This document shows, in pieces, positions 1-11,100 of a DNA stretch of 31,479 nt. Each line of letters opens with the position of its first letter. The stretch's first letter is position 1. Location of the stretch: positions 1 to 31,479 of IMG/VR virus record IMGVR_UViG_3300025127_000139; one strand, written 5' to 3'. The notes beneath the pieces were generated by a model, which ran no database searches, was not told the origin of the DNA, and was given only the letters and a program-made list of their open reading frames with translations. The DNA is from a virus. Lineage: Duplodnaviria; Caudoviricetes. A program made the position numbers and the translations under genes.

Positions 1-162
1 AGCAGGTTCAGGTGTGTTTCCCTCTGCTTTCCATGCAAGGTACTCTTGGTAATCTGTGTTTGCTTCATCAAATGGTATAAAAGCCTTATCTTCCAATCGA
101 ATTACTACTTTATTAGTATATGTCCCGTCAGGTTTCAAATATTTTGTAAGTTTATAAGACAT
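1..162 (-). CDS. Small tail-fibre partner/assembly protein, 3' end cut by the window edge
   Basis: Hand-translated, not in ORF track: [54 protein letters not shown]... ATG lies 2 nt after the stop of 165..1334. Paralog of 1334..1513 (shared [14 protein letters not shown]). Confidence 0.8.
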   Translation of the reverse strand, partial: MSYKLTKYLKPDGTYTNKVVIRLEDKAFIPFDEANTDYQEYLAWKAEGNTPEPA

Positions 163-164
163 AA

Positions 165-1334
165 TTAGAGCTCCGCAGATAAAGTTGCTAAACCATTTGT
201 TGGCCCATTAGTGACGACAACAATTTGATTGTTATTACCAGAATCAGTATGTAAAACACCACTAATACTAATGAAAGTTGAAGGAAATATAGTTTCCACA
301 AAATTATAAGAATTTATGTCAGTTTGCATTGAACCAGTTTCAATTTGCAGATATGTACTGCCATTTGTAATTGTTGGGCTTGTTCTCATCATTACAGGCA
401 TAATATATCCAAATGCAACATTATTACCACTATTGTATAAATAACCAGGAGCAATTCCATATGTTCCATCTTGTCCAACAGCCCCTATTTGTTGAAAATA
501 TCTTTGACATAAAGCAAGCTCTTGAGCAAATGACCTATGCTCAAAATCTGTAGCCACGCCTGACCCATTTTGATCTACTTCTAGTTGTACTCCTGTTAGA
601 TACAAGTCATTTGATGTGCTACTAGCAAAATTTACTCCATGCTGTGAAGCGAAGTTACTGTTTGTATAAGTTTCCCAAGCTGAACTAACTGCACTACCTT
701 TGTAAGAAGAACCAATTACTAAAGAAAAGTTAATCTGCAACCCAACTCCATTATCATGATTAATAACACCTGAAGTATCTGCTGGAATAGAAATAGTTTT
801 TCTTTCCCAAGTATCAGCAGAGTTTATAGTATAAGTTCGACTATATATTTTATTTGAATTATCAATTTGTAAAAGATTTACACCATAAGTACCTGTTAGA
901 CTTGACCTAACATAGAAACTAAGAACGAGTGGCTTTGCTGCTGATGTGCCATAACCTAAATGTTGTAAATCTTGTGCTTCGATATTATAACGCACCATTA
1001 CAAATTCATTATGAGCAGTTGAATTATCGGCAGCCGTACAATCTACTTTCAGACTTTTTGAAAAACCATCTGGAGAAATAGTAGATTGCGACATAGTAAA
1101 ATTAGCAGCAGTACTTTCTCTTTTAAACTTAAATCTATCTAAAGTAAAAGTATTTTGTACAGCAGAAAAACTTGTACCACGTTGAGCCACTTGCATAGCT
1201 CCGTTAATTATTAAATTACGATTACTTAGGTTATTAGTAATATTGGCAGTACAAGAACCATTAGCATTATCAATACTAATTGCAGCAACGCTTGCGCCTA
1301 CGCCCTTAATACTGTTGACTTTTATTTCAGACAT
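165..1334 (-). CDS. Putative tail receptor-binding protein with a carbohydrate-binding-like domain (389 aa)
   Basis: [18 protein letters not shown] and GVQLEV...[18 protein letters not shown] motifs typical of marine phage tail proteins; downstream of the tail fibre; paralog of 1516..2694. Confidence 0.75.
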   Translation of the reverse strand: MSEIKVNSIKGVGASVAAISIDNANGSCTANITNNLSNRNLIINGAMQVAQRGTSFSAVQNTFTLDRFKFKRESTAANFTMSQSTISPDGFSKSLKVDCTAADNSTAHNEFVMVRYNIEAQDLQHLGYGTSAAKPLVLSFYVRSSLTGTYGVNLLQIDNSNKIYSRTYTINSADTWERKTISIPADTSGVINHDNGVGLQINFSLVIGSSYKGSAVSSAWETYTNSNFASQHGVNFASSTSNDLYLTGVQLEVDQNGSGVATDFEHRSFAQELALCQRYFQQIGAVGQDGTYGIAPGYLYNSGNNVAFGYIMPVMMRTSPTITNGSTYLQIETGSMQTDINSYNFVETIFPSTFISISGVLHTDSGNNNQIVVVTNGPTNGLATLSAEL

Positions 1335-1513
1335 TAGTCAGCTTCCTCCGCAGTGTTAGTTTTAGCCCACTCCAAATACTCTTGGTAATCGGTGTTTGCT
1401 TCATCAAAAGGAATGTAAGCATTGTCAGATTTTCTGCAAATAGCTTGAACTACTATAGTTTTTGTACTTCCATCTTTGTTTGTTTCAGTTTCGTCTGCAT
1501 ATTTTTTATACAT
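1334..1513 (-). CDS. Small tail-fibre partner/assembly protein (59 aa)
   Basis: Hand-translated, not in ORF track: [59 protein letters not shown]. Its stop overlaps the next ATG (TAATG) and it fills the gap exactly. Confidence 0.85.
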   Translation of the reverse strand: MYKKYADETETNKDGSTKTIVVQAICRKSDNAYIPFDEANTDYQEYLEWAKTNTAEEAD

Positions 1514-1515
1514 AA

Positions 1516-2694
1516 TTATAGCTCCGAGCTTGCACTAAATTTAGCACTAAAATGCTTATTAGCACCATCTGCAAAAACATTGTTTCCTTGTACTCTAGCA
1601 CCTAGCGTTGAGTCGTAATTAGCTCCTACAACTGATACTGAACTACAACAATTTTCATCAGTAGAAATACTAGCAAGAGTTGGATCGGCTCTTTTTGTGA
1701 CTTTGAATTCAACACTTATTCTCATAGTAGAATCTGTAGCATAAACAGGTCCATACCATTCACCTTCAGCTATTTCAAAATATCTCTGACATAAAGCAAG
1801 CTCCTGACCAGCTGATCTATGTTCAAAATCTGTAGCGGTAGATCCTACTTCTAATTGAACTCCTGTAATTTCGAATGTAGCATTATTTGTTGTAAACCAA
1901 GTGGAAGTCATATCTGGTGCTTGATCCGATGCACTTGTAGTTTTCCATGTATTTAATGTATGGCTTGATGTTGTAAGGTTTGTGCCATAAAATAATGCAA
2001 AATAAATTTCTATTCCTTCTCCATTATCATTACTAAACTGCAAGCCACTATTCCCCGGAATTGTGTGTGTTACTTTTGTCCATGTGTCAGCACCAGTTGG
2101 TGTTATAGCAAAAGAATATTGCCTACTTGTACCATCCTTACTTTCTAAAATGACATAAAATGTTTGGGCAACACTTGATTTAAACCAGAAACTTAAAGTT
2201 ATATAAGCTGAACTTGATAAATAATTCCAACCAGATGTAGCTAAATCCTGATCTTCAATAACATAACTCATTGAAAGACTATCACCAGCTCCAGCACCAC
2301 TTGATTGATTACCATTTGTAAGTTTAAAAGTTTTTCTAAATCCTTGAGTGTAAGGTGTAGTTCCACTTGCAACGTCCCCTTGAGCTTGAGTTAAAGCAGC
2401 GTCCCAGCCAGAACCAGAATGTTTAAACCTATCAACAGTTTGATAACTAGAAGATGTTGATGACGTACCACGTTGAGCTACTTGCATAGCTCCGTTGATT
2501 ATTAAATTTCTATTGCCAAGCTGTCCACCATTAATACCAGTTACGTTTTGCAAACTATTTGCAGAATCTTTTGTTGCAAATACTCCAGTTTCATCACTTG
2601 GTAAAGTTATAGTTTTATCTGAAGCAGGGTTACTGGATGGCCCAGCAATAATGACGCCGTTACCACCCGAATGTTTTAATTTTATACTAGACAT
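1516..2694 (-). CDS. Putative tail receptor-binding protein with a carbohydrate-binding-like domain (392 aa)
   Basis: Same two conserved motifs as 165..1334, different N-terminal segment (MSSIKLKHSGGNGV..), ends SSEL. Confidence 0.75.
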   Translation of the reverse strand: MSSIKLKHSGGNGVIIAGPSSNPASDKTITLPSDETGVFATKDSANSLQNVTGINGGQLGNRNLIINGAMQVAQRGTSSTSSSYQTVDRFKHSGSGWDAALTQAQGDVASGTTPYTQGFRKTFKLTNGNQSSGAGAGDSLSMSYVIEDQDLATSGWNYLSSSAYITLSFWFKSSVAQTFYVILESKDGTSRQYSFAITPTGADTWTKVTHTIPGNSGLQFSNDNGEGIEIYFALFYGTNLTTSSHTLNTWKTTSASDQAPDMTSTWFTTNNATFEITGVQLEVGSTATDFEHRSAGQELALCQRYFEIAEGEWYGPVYATDSTMRISVEFKVTKRADPTLASISTDENCCSSVSVVGANYDSTLGARVQGNNVFADGANKHFSAKFSASSEL

Positions 2695-2869
2695 TAGCTA
2701 CCACCTTCCCATCTACTAATTTGTACAAAAGTTTTTGTTCAGAAGGTATGCCTGTACCATGTATTGCATAAACTTTATCGCAAGCAACTGCCCATGATGG
2801 AGCTTTAGAACCATCTTCATAAAATCCTTCGATTTCATTTTTTTCATTAATAAGACATTTGTAACTCAT
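2687..2869 (-). CDS. Small hypothetical protein, probable partner of 2866..3345 (60 aa)
   Basis: Start moved from 2893 to 2869 (MSYKCLINEK..), which gives an ATGA overlap with the upstream stop and has GGAG just upstream. Confidence 0.7.
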   Translation of the reverse strand: MSYKCLINEKNEIEGFYEDGSKAPSWAVACDKVYAIHGTGIPSEQKLLYKLVDGKVVANV

Positions 2870-3345
2870 GATGCTTCTCCTACGGCTGCCCAATAAATCG
2901 GCTGATTTGCTATTCCATTATTCCTTTTACCCGCCCAATATGGTTGAAGTGAAGTAGTACTGGAATTTTCATGTACTGCTGATTGAAATGCTTCGTGATA
3001 ACCAGAAGCAAGAGTAGAACTAAAAGCAGGTATAGCTGCAAAACCACTTATACTTAAAGTGGCTTTAAAATAATATCTAGCTCCCGGATATGAAGTATCA
3101 TCACCAACATCAGATACCGAACTTGGTGAAGTAAAGCTTCCAGTTACTATTCTTAAACCACCAATAGTAATTGCACCAGAACTAAATAAATCTGCTATTT
3201 CTGCTGCACCAACTGCTCCATTTACTATTTGGCTACTATTAACTGAATTGTTTGCTAATGTGCCGTTATCTACACAACCGTCAGGCAATCCACCAACTGC
3301 TAAACCAGATATAGTATTATTTGATCCGTTAATTACAATAGCCAT
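2866..3345 (-). CDS. Short tail fibre/spike-associated protein (159 aa)
   Basis: N-terminus MAIVINGSNNTISGLAVGGLPDG, 10-aa periodic LANNSVNSSQ/IVNGAVGAAE fibre-like repeats, beta-rich C-terminus; starts 2 nt after the tail fibre stop. Confidence 0.65.
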   Translation of the reverse strand: MAIVINGSNNTISGLAVGGLPDGCVDNGTLANNSVNSSQIVNGAVGAAEIADLFSSGAITIGGLRIVTGSFTSPSSVSDVGDDTSYPGARYYFKATLSISGFAAIPAFSSTLASGYHEAFQSAVHENSSTTSLQPYWAGKRNNGIANQPIYWAAVGEAS

Positions 3346-3347
3346 AG

Positions 3348-5111
3348 TTAGACAAAAGTTACGACAGAAGGACTATTAATAGTTAGTGTAGCATTGATTG
3401 TAAATGGTGTCGGTACAACCGCATTATGATTTGTACTTATTGTGTAATCCTGATCCATAGTATTTTCCGATTCGTGAAAAATTTTCTCACCGTTACCACC
3501 AGCAGCACCGCCACCAATAGTTCCCCATGCACCATTGTTATAACCTTCAAATTGATTTAGTTGACTATTATGACGTATCATCCCAACTACAGGACTACCA
3601 TCTCTAGCTGCTGTATTACCAGATGGTAATTTTGCAGAACCACTAGTACTTGTTCTTGGTACTTTTTCTGTATCTAATTCTTGTATTGCAGCTTGCACAT
3701 TAGTTGCAGCTACATCTCCTGTAGCAGCAGAAACTATATTTGCAGCATCACCGGGAACATATGCAGCAACCCAAGCAGAGCCTGTGTATACTTTCATAAT
3801 GTTTGATGTTGTGTTGTAATATAAATCACCACCAGTTAATGCGTCACCGTCATTATCTACAGTAGGATCACTAGATTTTGGCCCAAGATAAGTATCATCA
3901 AAATTATCAAAAGCAGCTAATGCAGATGCAGCAGAAGACGCTGCGGATGTTGCACTACCAGCAGCATTTGTTGCGCTTGTAGCAGCTTCACTTGCTTTTG
4001 TTGTTGCAGTTGTAGCACTACCAGCAGCACCTGTTGCAGAACTGGCAGCATTACTTGCTTGTGTTGATGCAGTAGATGCAGAACCTGATGCAGCCGTTGC
4101 TGAAGATGCAGCAGCCGTTGCACTATTGGCAGCATTAGTAGCAGATGTACTTGCACCACTAGCTTGCGTTGTTGCTGTTGTCGCAGAACTGGCAGCACTT
4201 GTTGCACTTGACGCTGCTGCTGTTGCAGAATTACCTGCATTTGTTGCACTAGTTGCTGCATTAGTTGCAGACGTTGCTGCTTGTGTCGCTTGAGTTGTAG
4301 CTGTAGTAGCTTGAGTTGTAGCAGTATTGGCTTGTGTGGTAGCTGTAGTAGCACTATTTGCTGCTGCTGTAGCTGATGCTGCTGCTGCGTTTGCTGATGT
4401 TGTAGCTGCTGCTGCGTCTACTATTAAATTCCAAGCAGCAGAATTTGTATTAGTTGTTAAAGGTTGTGATCCACTAGACGTATGCGCTGAGACACATATA
4501 AAAATATTATTTGTCGATGTATCTTTTACAAAATCTCTTACATTATATGAACGACCCGCTGCCCAATCACCTCTATATACACCTAATTCTTGTACAACGT
4601 TAAATTCACCACTATCGTCAAAACCTAATACTTTATTAGCTCTAGCTGCTGCATTTTCTGTAATTTCTAAACTACCAATAGTATTAGTAAGTGAAAATCT
4701 AATAGACCTATCTAGTTCAGTTTGTTGTTGCTGATGTAAAATTATAGATTTATCTAGTGCATCGTTAATAACTTCTGGGAAAAACCCACCTTGGTTTGTT
4801 AAATCTGTGCCTTGTAAAGATTCAACAGCAGATGTAATAACAAGACTAAAACCACTTGCTAGTGTTTGATTATTACCACCTGATTTTAAAGTAACGCTAC
4901 CACCGGGATTACTGTTTTGGTCTGCATTTAAAGTAACTATATAATCGTTGTTTATTCCTAAAGTTAATGTTGTTTCTATACTTGTGCTGGCTTCTAATTT
5001 TTTTACAACAATATCTGCGTCTGTAAAAACTTTAAAAGTAAAAGGAAAAGTATGTGCAGAACCGTTACCTACAAAAGGATTAGTCTTTCTTGTAGTCGAA
5101 TTTATCGTCAT
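3348..5111 (-). CDS. Tail fibre protein (587 aa) with a T7 gp17-like N-terminal anchor
   Basis: N-terminal FVGNGSAHTFPFTFKVFTDADIVV resembles podovirus fibre anchors; long Ala/Ser/Thr heptad shaft; C-terminal GGGAAGGNGEKIFHE..TINATLTI segment; follows the internal virion proteins. Confidence 0.85.
   Translation of the reverse strand: MTINSTTRKTNPFVGNGSAHTFPFTFKVFTDADIVVKKLEASTSIETTLTLGINNDYIVTLNADQNSNPGGSVTLKSGGNNQTLASGFSLVITSAVESLQGTDLTNQGGFFPEVINDALDKSIILHQQQQTELDRSIRFSLTNTIGSLEITENAAARANKVLGFDDSGEFNVVQELGVYRGDWAAGRSYNVRDFVKDTSTNNIFICVSAHTSSGSQPLTTNTNSAAWNLIVDAAAATTSANAAAASATAAANSATTATTQANTATTQATTATTQATQAATSATNAATSATNAGNSATAAASSATSAASSATTATTQASGASTSATNAANSATAAASSATAASGSASTASTQASNAASSATGAAGSATTATTKASEAATSATNAAGSATSAASSAASALAAFDNFDDTYLGPKSSDPTVDNDGDALTGGDLYYNTTSNIMKVYTGSAWVAAYVPGDAANIVSAATGDVAATNVQAAIQELDTEKVPRTSTSGSAKLPSGNTAARDGSPVVGMIRHNSQLNQFEGYNNGAWGTIGGGAAGGNGEKIFHESENTMDQDYTISTNHNAVVPTPFTINATLTINSPSVVTFV
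3915..4420 (-). repeat. Degenerate 21-nt / 7-aa Ala-Ser-Thr coding repeat (SATAAAS/SATNAAN-like) in the fibre shaft
   Basis: Visible in the translation and as GCA/GCT/ACA-rich DNA; boundaries approximate. Confidence 0.8.
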
Positions 5112-5138
5112 TAACTAGACTTATTCACTATCTTATTA

Positions 5139-5173
5139 AGGTTACTACTAGATTTTTTTATTACGGTCACGCC
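5139..5173 (-). promoter_or_regulatory. Putative late promoter, copy 4 (tail fibre block)
   Basis: Minus strand GGC-GTGACCGTA (5170..5162), 17 nt, TAACCT (5144..5139); begins right after the stop of the 2861-aa gene. Confidence 0.75.
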
Positions 5174-8100
5174 TTATAAACCTCTACTTGCTCTACTGGC
5201 TTTACCAGTAATTGCACCTCTTATTAAATCAAATGTATTTTCTGGATTTACTTTGCCTGTTCCTACGTCTATTAAATAACCACTTGACTTACCAATAGGT
5301 GTAATTGGTATTCCAGAAAATATTGTAACTAAAGCACTAATATCTCTTACTTGTCTACCACTTATACCTTTACCTTCTATTAAATCAACAGGTAATTTAA
5401 ACGCAGTTTGTGATCCTCTAACCAACAATTCTAAAGATGGACTAGAAACTAAATTGTCATTCCAAGGTTTGTCATCAAATTGATTTATTGGAATAAGTAA
5501 TGCGTTACCAAAAATAGGAACAAATGCTTTTTTATAATTTACTAAATCTCCTAGTACTGCTTTCATCATGTCATCAACAATCATGCCGTCATCTTCTTCA
5601 TCTAAAAATAAATTACCTGCAAATGTTCTACCTATCATCCCTGCTATTACTGCCGGCATCATAATGCTGTAAAAATACATATAAAATAATTGTTCTGTAC
5701 CTTTGCCTTTATTATTAAATCCAATATCCCTAGTTATTTTTTGATATTGGTTGTTGTTTAAATTAGCTATGTTATTAAAATAACCAGTAAATTGACTAAT
5801 AGATTGAATAATAGGATTCCAGTTTTGAAAACCTGCTCTATCTTCTGGCAATAAACTATCTTGTGTCATACGGACAGCAGCGTCAGCTTGTTTTATTGCT
5901 TCAGTTTGTACTTCTATATCACTCATAGAAGAAGGTAATTTTTGATGAGTTTGATTGTAAACTGCCATCCATACAACAGCATCAACTTGATTTTGAAATG
6001 TTTGCTGTAAAAAATATGCGTGTTTTGTAGACCAATCTTTAAATTTTTCAAAATTATTTGGATTAACTATTAATTCTTGTAATCTGCTTTGTATATCAAA
6101 AATTTGATTTAGTTGACGGTCTGCCATAAATGGTGACAAATCTGCAATTGCTTGCATTGTTCCTTCTCTATCAGCTATGTAATTCTGCAAAGAACTTAAC
6201 ATTTGTACAGGTGTTGCTTTTAACATTGCAGGGAATACACCTGTGTATTGTTCAATAGCATTTTTAAGATTAAAGAACATAACTGCCATACCACCTCTTT
6301 TTCTAGTTGCGTTTAATGCTGTATCAAATTCCGCACCCATACCACTAGGTGCAAAGGTTTTTTGTGAAACAACTGTTTGTAACCAAGGTTTTATTAATGT
6401 TTCTGTTTTTTGTGGATTTAATATTTCTAATTTTTTCTGAAATTCTTTATCATTAACTATTTTTAAAACATCTTTTACAACAGGTTGGACATAAGAATAA
6501 CGCAATGTGTCATCAATATGTTTAGTCATATAACCTAAATTTAATGATAATGGCTGTGCAAAATTTTCATTACGTTCTTTTGTCATGCCATGTTCTACCA
6601 TAGGCAATGACATTCTAAATTCTCTTTGTAATTGTTCTACAGTAATTTCTACTTCTTGTTTAGTCATATTAGGATCACCTTTTGCAGGTACATATCCACC
6701 TCTAAATGTTCCAAATTCATTGACAATAGGTGTAGCTTCTACAACTTTAAAATAAAAACCATTTAGTTCTCTATGCGCTTTTTGCAATAATGGCAACATT
6801 TTTTGATTTAAATCCCATACTGCTTGCAAGAAAACATAATCACTTTGAGTTAATATTCCTTCGTCTTTCATTCGCTGTACAAAATTATCCCAATGTGTTG
6901 TATTTAACGTGCCGTCTTCATTTAACGAACCCCACCCTCTACCTAATAATAATTTTTTTAAATTACTTTTATTGCCTGTATGCAACATAGCTCCCAATAG
7001 CTCTACCTTACCTAGGCCGTCAGAATCTGTTCCAAATGTATATGCATCAGAATCTTCAGAAACTTGATCAAATTCGTAAGCAGTTATTTTATTTTCCTTA
7101 TTGCCAAAATTTAATGCAGCAACTAAATCTGTATATTCTTTAGTAATAACAACTTGTTGTTGTCTATATTCGTTTAATGCTTCTTTTATTGGGTAGTATA
7201 AAGTGTTATAAAAAGCTCCAAGTTTACCGCCTTTTAACTGTAATACTGCTGATCCTACACCTTTAACAACTTCATCAGCACCATCCATAAGATCTGTAAA
7301 ACTTTCCATACGTTGCAAATTAGACCCTAGTGTCAAAACAAATTTATGAAGTTTAGATTTAAAAGTAGTTTTAACTGCTTCTCTTTTGCCCGGTGGATTT
7401 GCTAGTCGCTCTCTAGCTTGTGGGCTTCTAGAAATGTTTCTATCTAATATTTTTAACAATGGATCACGAGCTTCTTCAAATGCTATAAGTTTATTGCCTT
7501 GCCTTATTTGCTCATCTCGTAAAGATTGATGCCATAAGAAATCTAATGTTTCTTCTAGGTTTAAAAATTCATCACTTGTTAAAGATAACAAATCAGTTTG
7601 CGTCCGTTTGCGACCTGCTTTTTCAATAATTGGTTGTAGCTGTTCGTATGTAAATGGATTGTATTCTTTTATCTGGTTCATTTTTTCTGTGACATTTATT
7701 TTCTTTTTACCAATCCCAAAACTATATAAAATAGCTCTACCTGCGTCTATTAAAAACATATTTCGTTTGTATTTTTTATTTTTATCTCTAAACTTTTGAT
7801 CTGTTTGTAAAAACTTATTAAATTTTTTAATAGCATTATCGTAGTTTTTATGTATTTGTATGGCTTCTTTTGCCAATTGATTAGCTATAAGTTGTGATCG
7901 TTTAGCTTCTACAGCCCTTTGTTCGTCACCTTTACTTATTGCATCTTCTGCTTCTTTCCTTGCATTTTCTTCATCACGAGTATATTCACTTGGTTTAATG
8001 TCTTGTAATTTTCTTTTTGCCAAAATATCTAAAGCAGCTTCTCTTGCAGCAGCTACTTGTAAACGTACAGGCTGTGTAGATTTTGATAAAAACTTTAATT

Positions 8101-11100
8101 CTAAAGATATAAATCTAGATCTTGCTTCGTTATGTAATGCTTCTAATACATTTAATTCTATTATTCTTTCGTCAACTAATTCAGAATATTCTTCTAACAT
8201 ACGTTGCTCTGTTCTTTCTTTTATAACTTCTGCTATTGGTCTTGCAGTTAATATTGCATCTATCATGTCTAAACCATTCGCATATTCAAACAGATCTGCA
8301 ACGGTTTCTACACTTTGCCCTTCTTTAGCAACCATTCCATATCTACCAGTACCTAATTCTTTTATTTCAAAAGCCATGTCATGAAAAGGTACAAGTTGGC
8401 GTACACTTTCTAAAGACAATTTGTATCCAGATTGTACTTTTACTATTTGTCCTTTGTCGTTTGTCGTTTCACCACGTTTTAAATAATTTATTAATCTATA
8501 AACTTTTTCGTTTTGTACTTCTTGTGTTACTTCTGCTTCTACTTCTTTATATACTTTCTTATGTTTTTTTTGTATATTAGCCATATATTTACTTCGTGCA
8601 TTATCTAGCCATTGCAATTGAGCCATGCTTTTTTGATTTAATATTTCTTTTGATTCATCAAATGCATCCTGCAATCTTGCTTGATAATCTGTCCATTCTG
8701 CATCTGTCATCCCACTTTGTTCTTTTGTTAAAAACATTGCTTTCATGCCGTATATTTCGTTAGCTAATAATATATTTTGATCAGTAGCAAGCATTCGATC
8801 CATAACGCTTCTTACTTCATCTGTTAATACTGGTAAATCTCTGCCAAACAATTTTCTATATTGTGTATTTAATTCATATTTAATGTTGTTATATACTTCT
8901 CCAAGATATCTAACAAAATCTCTAAAAATTCTACGCATTCTAGAATCATTATTTGGCACTTTGCCTTCGTGCAAATAAATTTCAAAATTTAATGCAAAAG
9001 CTTCATGGTATTCCTTTTTTTGTTCTATAGAAAATTTACTCCATGTATCAATATCTTTTACACCCCAAAAATCTAATAACACATTAAAATCATTTACTAT
9101 GTCAGCAGGTGCATCAGGTTGCATAACAATGTCTTCCATAACCGACAACATATAATGCCCAGTTTCATGGAAAAAAGTAGATATATCTGATTCGCTATTT
9201 ATTAAAGTTGTAAAAGATTTTGGATCAAATCTGCCTTTAGGATTTTTACTGCGTTGTTCGTAAAATTCTCCTACTTTTACTTGAATAGACCCTCTAGGCT
9301 TTCCAACTGTGAGTCTGAAATCTTTTCGTCCATTTGGGAATTCATCATCGAGACTAAGTCGAGAAGGTTCGACCCTGATTGCAACTGCGGTATCACCATA
9401 GCCAGTATCTGCGATAGCTCTGGTGGTAACGTAGACATCAGGTTCTCCAGCACTTCTGAGTTGATTTGTGCCTTTAATTGATTCTGCTGCTCGTTTGTTG
9501 GTGTGGTGGTAGACGGTGACAGTTCCATCTGGGTTGATGGGGAGTCCTGTAATTGTGTCAATTCTTCCTTGTTGTTGGAAAGTTTCGCTATCTGTTCGTA
9601 CAAATATTGATCCTCCATCATCTCGTTGTGTTCCTGTTGTCCGCTCTTCGGATTGTACTGATAAGTCATTGTCAACCTCCTGTAATGCTAATTGTATGTC
9701 TGCATCTGATACGCCTAGTCTAGCAGCAAAATCTACAGCAGCATTAGCGTAATCAGGTGCAGCATTATCTTCGTATCCTGTCTCAACAACTGCTTCTTTT
9801 AATTTTGCAGAGTCGTATAATTTTTTTTCTGGATACCAAACGAGTGCTTGTAGATCTGACATTGTAAGATCTTTTACGTCTTGTTGCAAGATGCTCAACA
9901 CTTGTGTAAATACTTTTTCTACGTTTCTTCTTTCTGGTGCGCCAGAAACTACTTCTTTTTGACCATCTAAGTCTTTAGCTAAACCATTACCTCTTTTACG
10001 CAATAAATCACCAAGACTAACTGTCTTATCACCTTTTTTAGGTTGACCCATTATATCTATAAATATTTGTTTGTTTTTTGCATCTTCCGTAAATGTTGCT
10101 ATCTGCATCATTGCAGCACGATTAGCAGGTTTTGTAGTTGCTTTTTCAATTGCTATAGCTATTGCATCTATATCACCTAATGTAAGTTTTCTTTTTATTA
10201 TTAATTCAAATGCCTTTTTCTGTTCTTTAGACAAAGATCTAATAATTTGTTTTATATGTTCTCTTTTTATTTTAGCTTGTTTAGATTTGTCATTAACCAA
10301 CGTACCTGTCATACGACCCCAAGTACGCATAGCCCATCTATCTAAAGTTAATTGTTCATAGTTGCCATATAAATTAGCAAAAAATCCATTACCAATTTTA
10401 GGGCCAATAATTGCAGAACCATATACTAATTCTTCCATACCAAAACCACCTGTAACCTCTTTTCCTGTAAATGCTTCTACCTCTCTGCGTGTATGTTTGG
10501 TTTTCATAAATTGCTCAACTTCTGCAAAACCTTTTTCTTCTATAAGTTGATTTATAGTTTGAAAACTAATTTCCATAGCTAATCTAGATTGACCACCTTC
10601 TGGAAAACTTTCTGGTAATTTGCCATTTTGATCAAAATATTCATATGCAGCACTTGCGTATCTAAAGTTTGTATTAACGTCTATACCGTTAGATGTAGCT
10701 GCTAACGCCCATTTAAATGCAAAACTGTGTTCTATATCAGTTGCAATTTTTGGGTATGCAAGTGATATGACTTTCATTGCTTTTGTAACTTTTTCGTTAT
10801 ACCAACCAACTGCATTTGCGTTTTCTCGCAATGCAAAACGTGCATCATCTAATAATGTTTGTACTAAATATTTTTCTACTTCTACTGTAAATTTAGATAA
10901 ATCTACCCCTGCTTTTTTGGCTTCTGCTTTAACACGGTTTTGTATTTCTAATTTAAATTGTCTGTTAGTTGCAAAAGGTTTACTAGTTGCAAAATCAAAA
11001 TTTTCTACAATTCTTGCTATTTGAAATACAGCTTGCGGTACAAATTTTCCTTGTTTTTGTTGCTTACCTTGTTGCTCAAATGTTTGTAGTTGTTGCTCGT

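Noticed and set aside
1-2694. Diversity-generating retroelement (TR/VR pair), expected from the BPP-1-like architecture
   Set aside because: Both repeat copies lie in intact coding paralogs, mismatches are not adenine-specific, and no reverse transcriptase or Avd is in the window. A DGR elsewhere in the genome cannot be excluded.
3917-4734. Alternative-frame ORFs 3917..4354 (Gln/Leu-rich) and 4327..4734
   Set aside because: Shadows of the Ala/Thr/Ser repeat of the tail fibre.
9254-9752. Overlapping ORFs 9277..9675 (-), 9254..9481 (+) and 9516..9752 (+) as an overprinted gene or antitoxin
   Set aside because: No recognisable motif or convincing initiation signal; locally higher GC reduces stop codons and explains the open frames.
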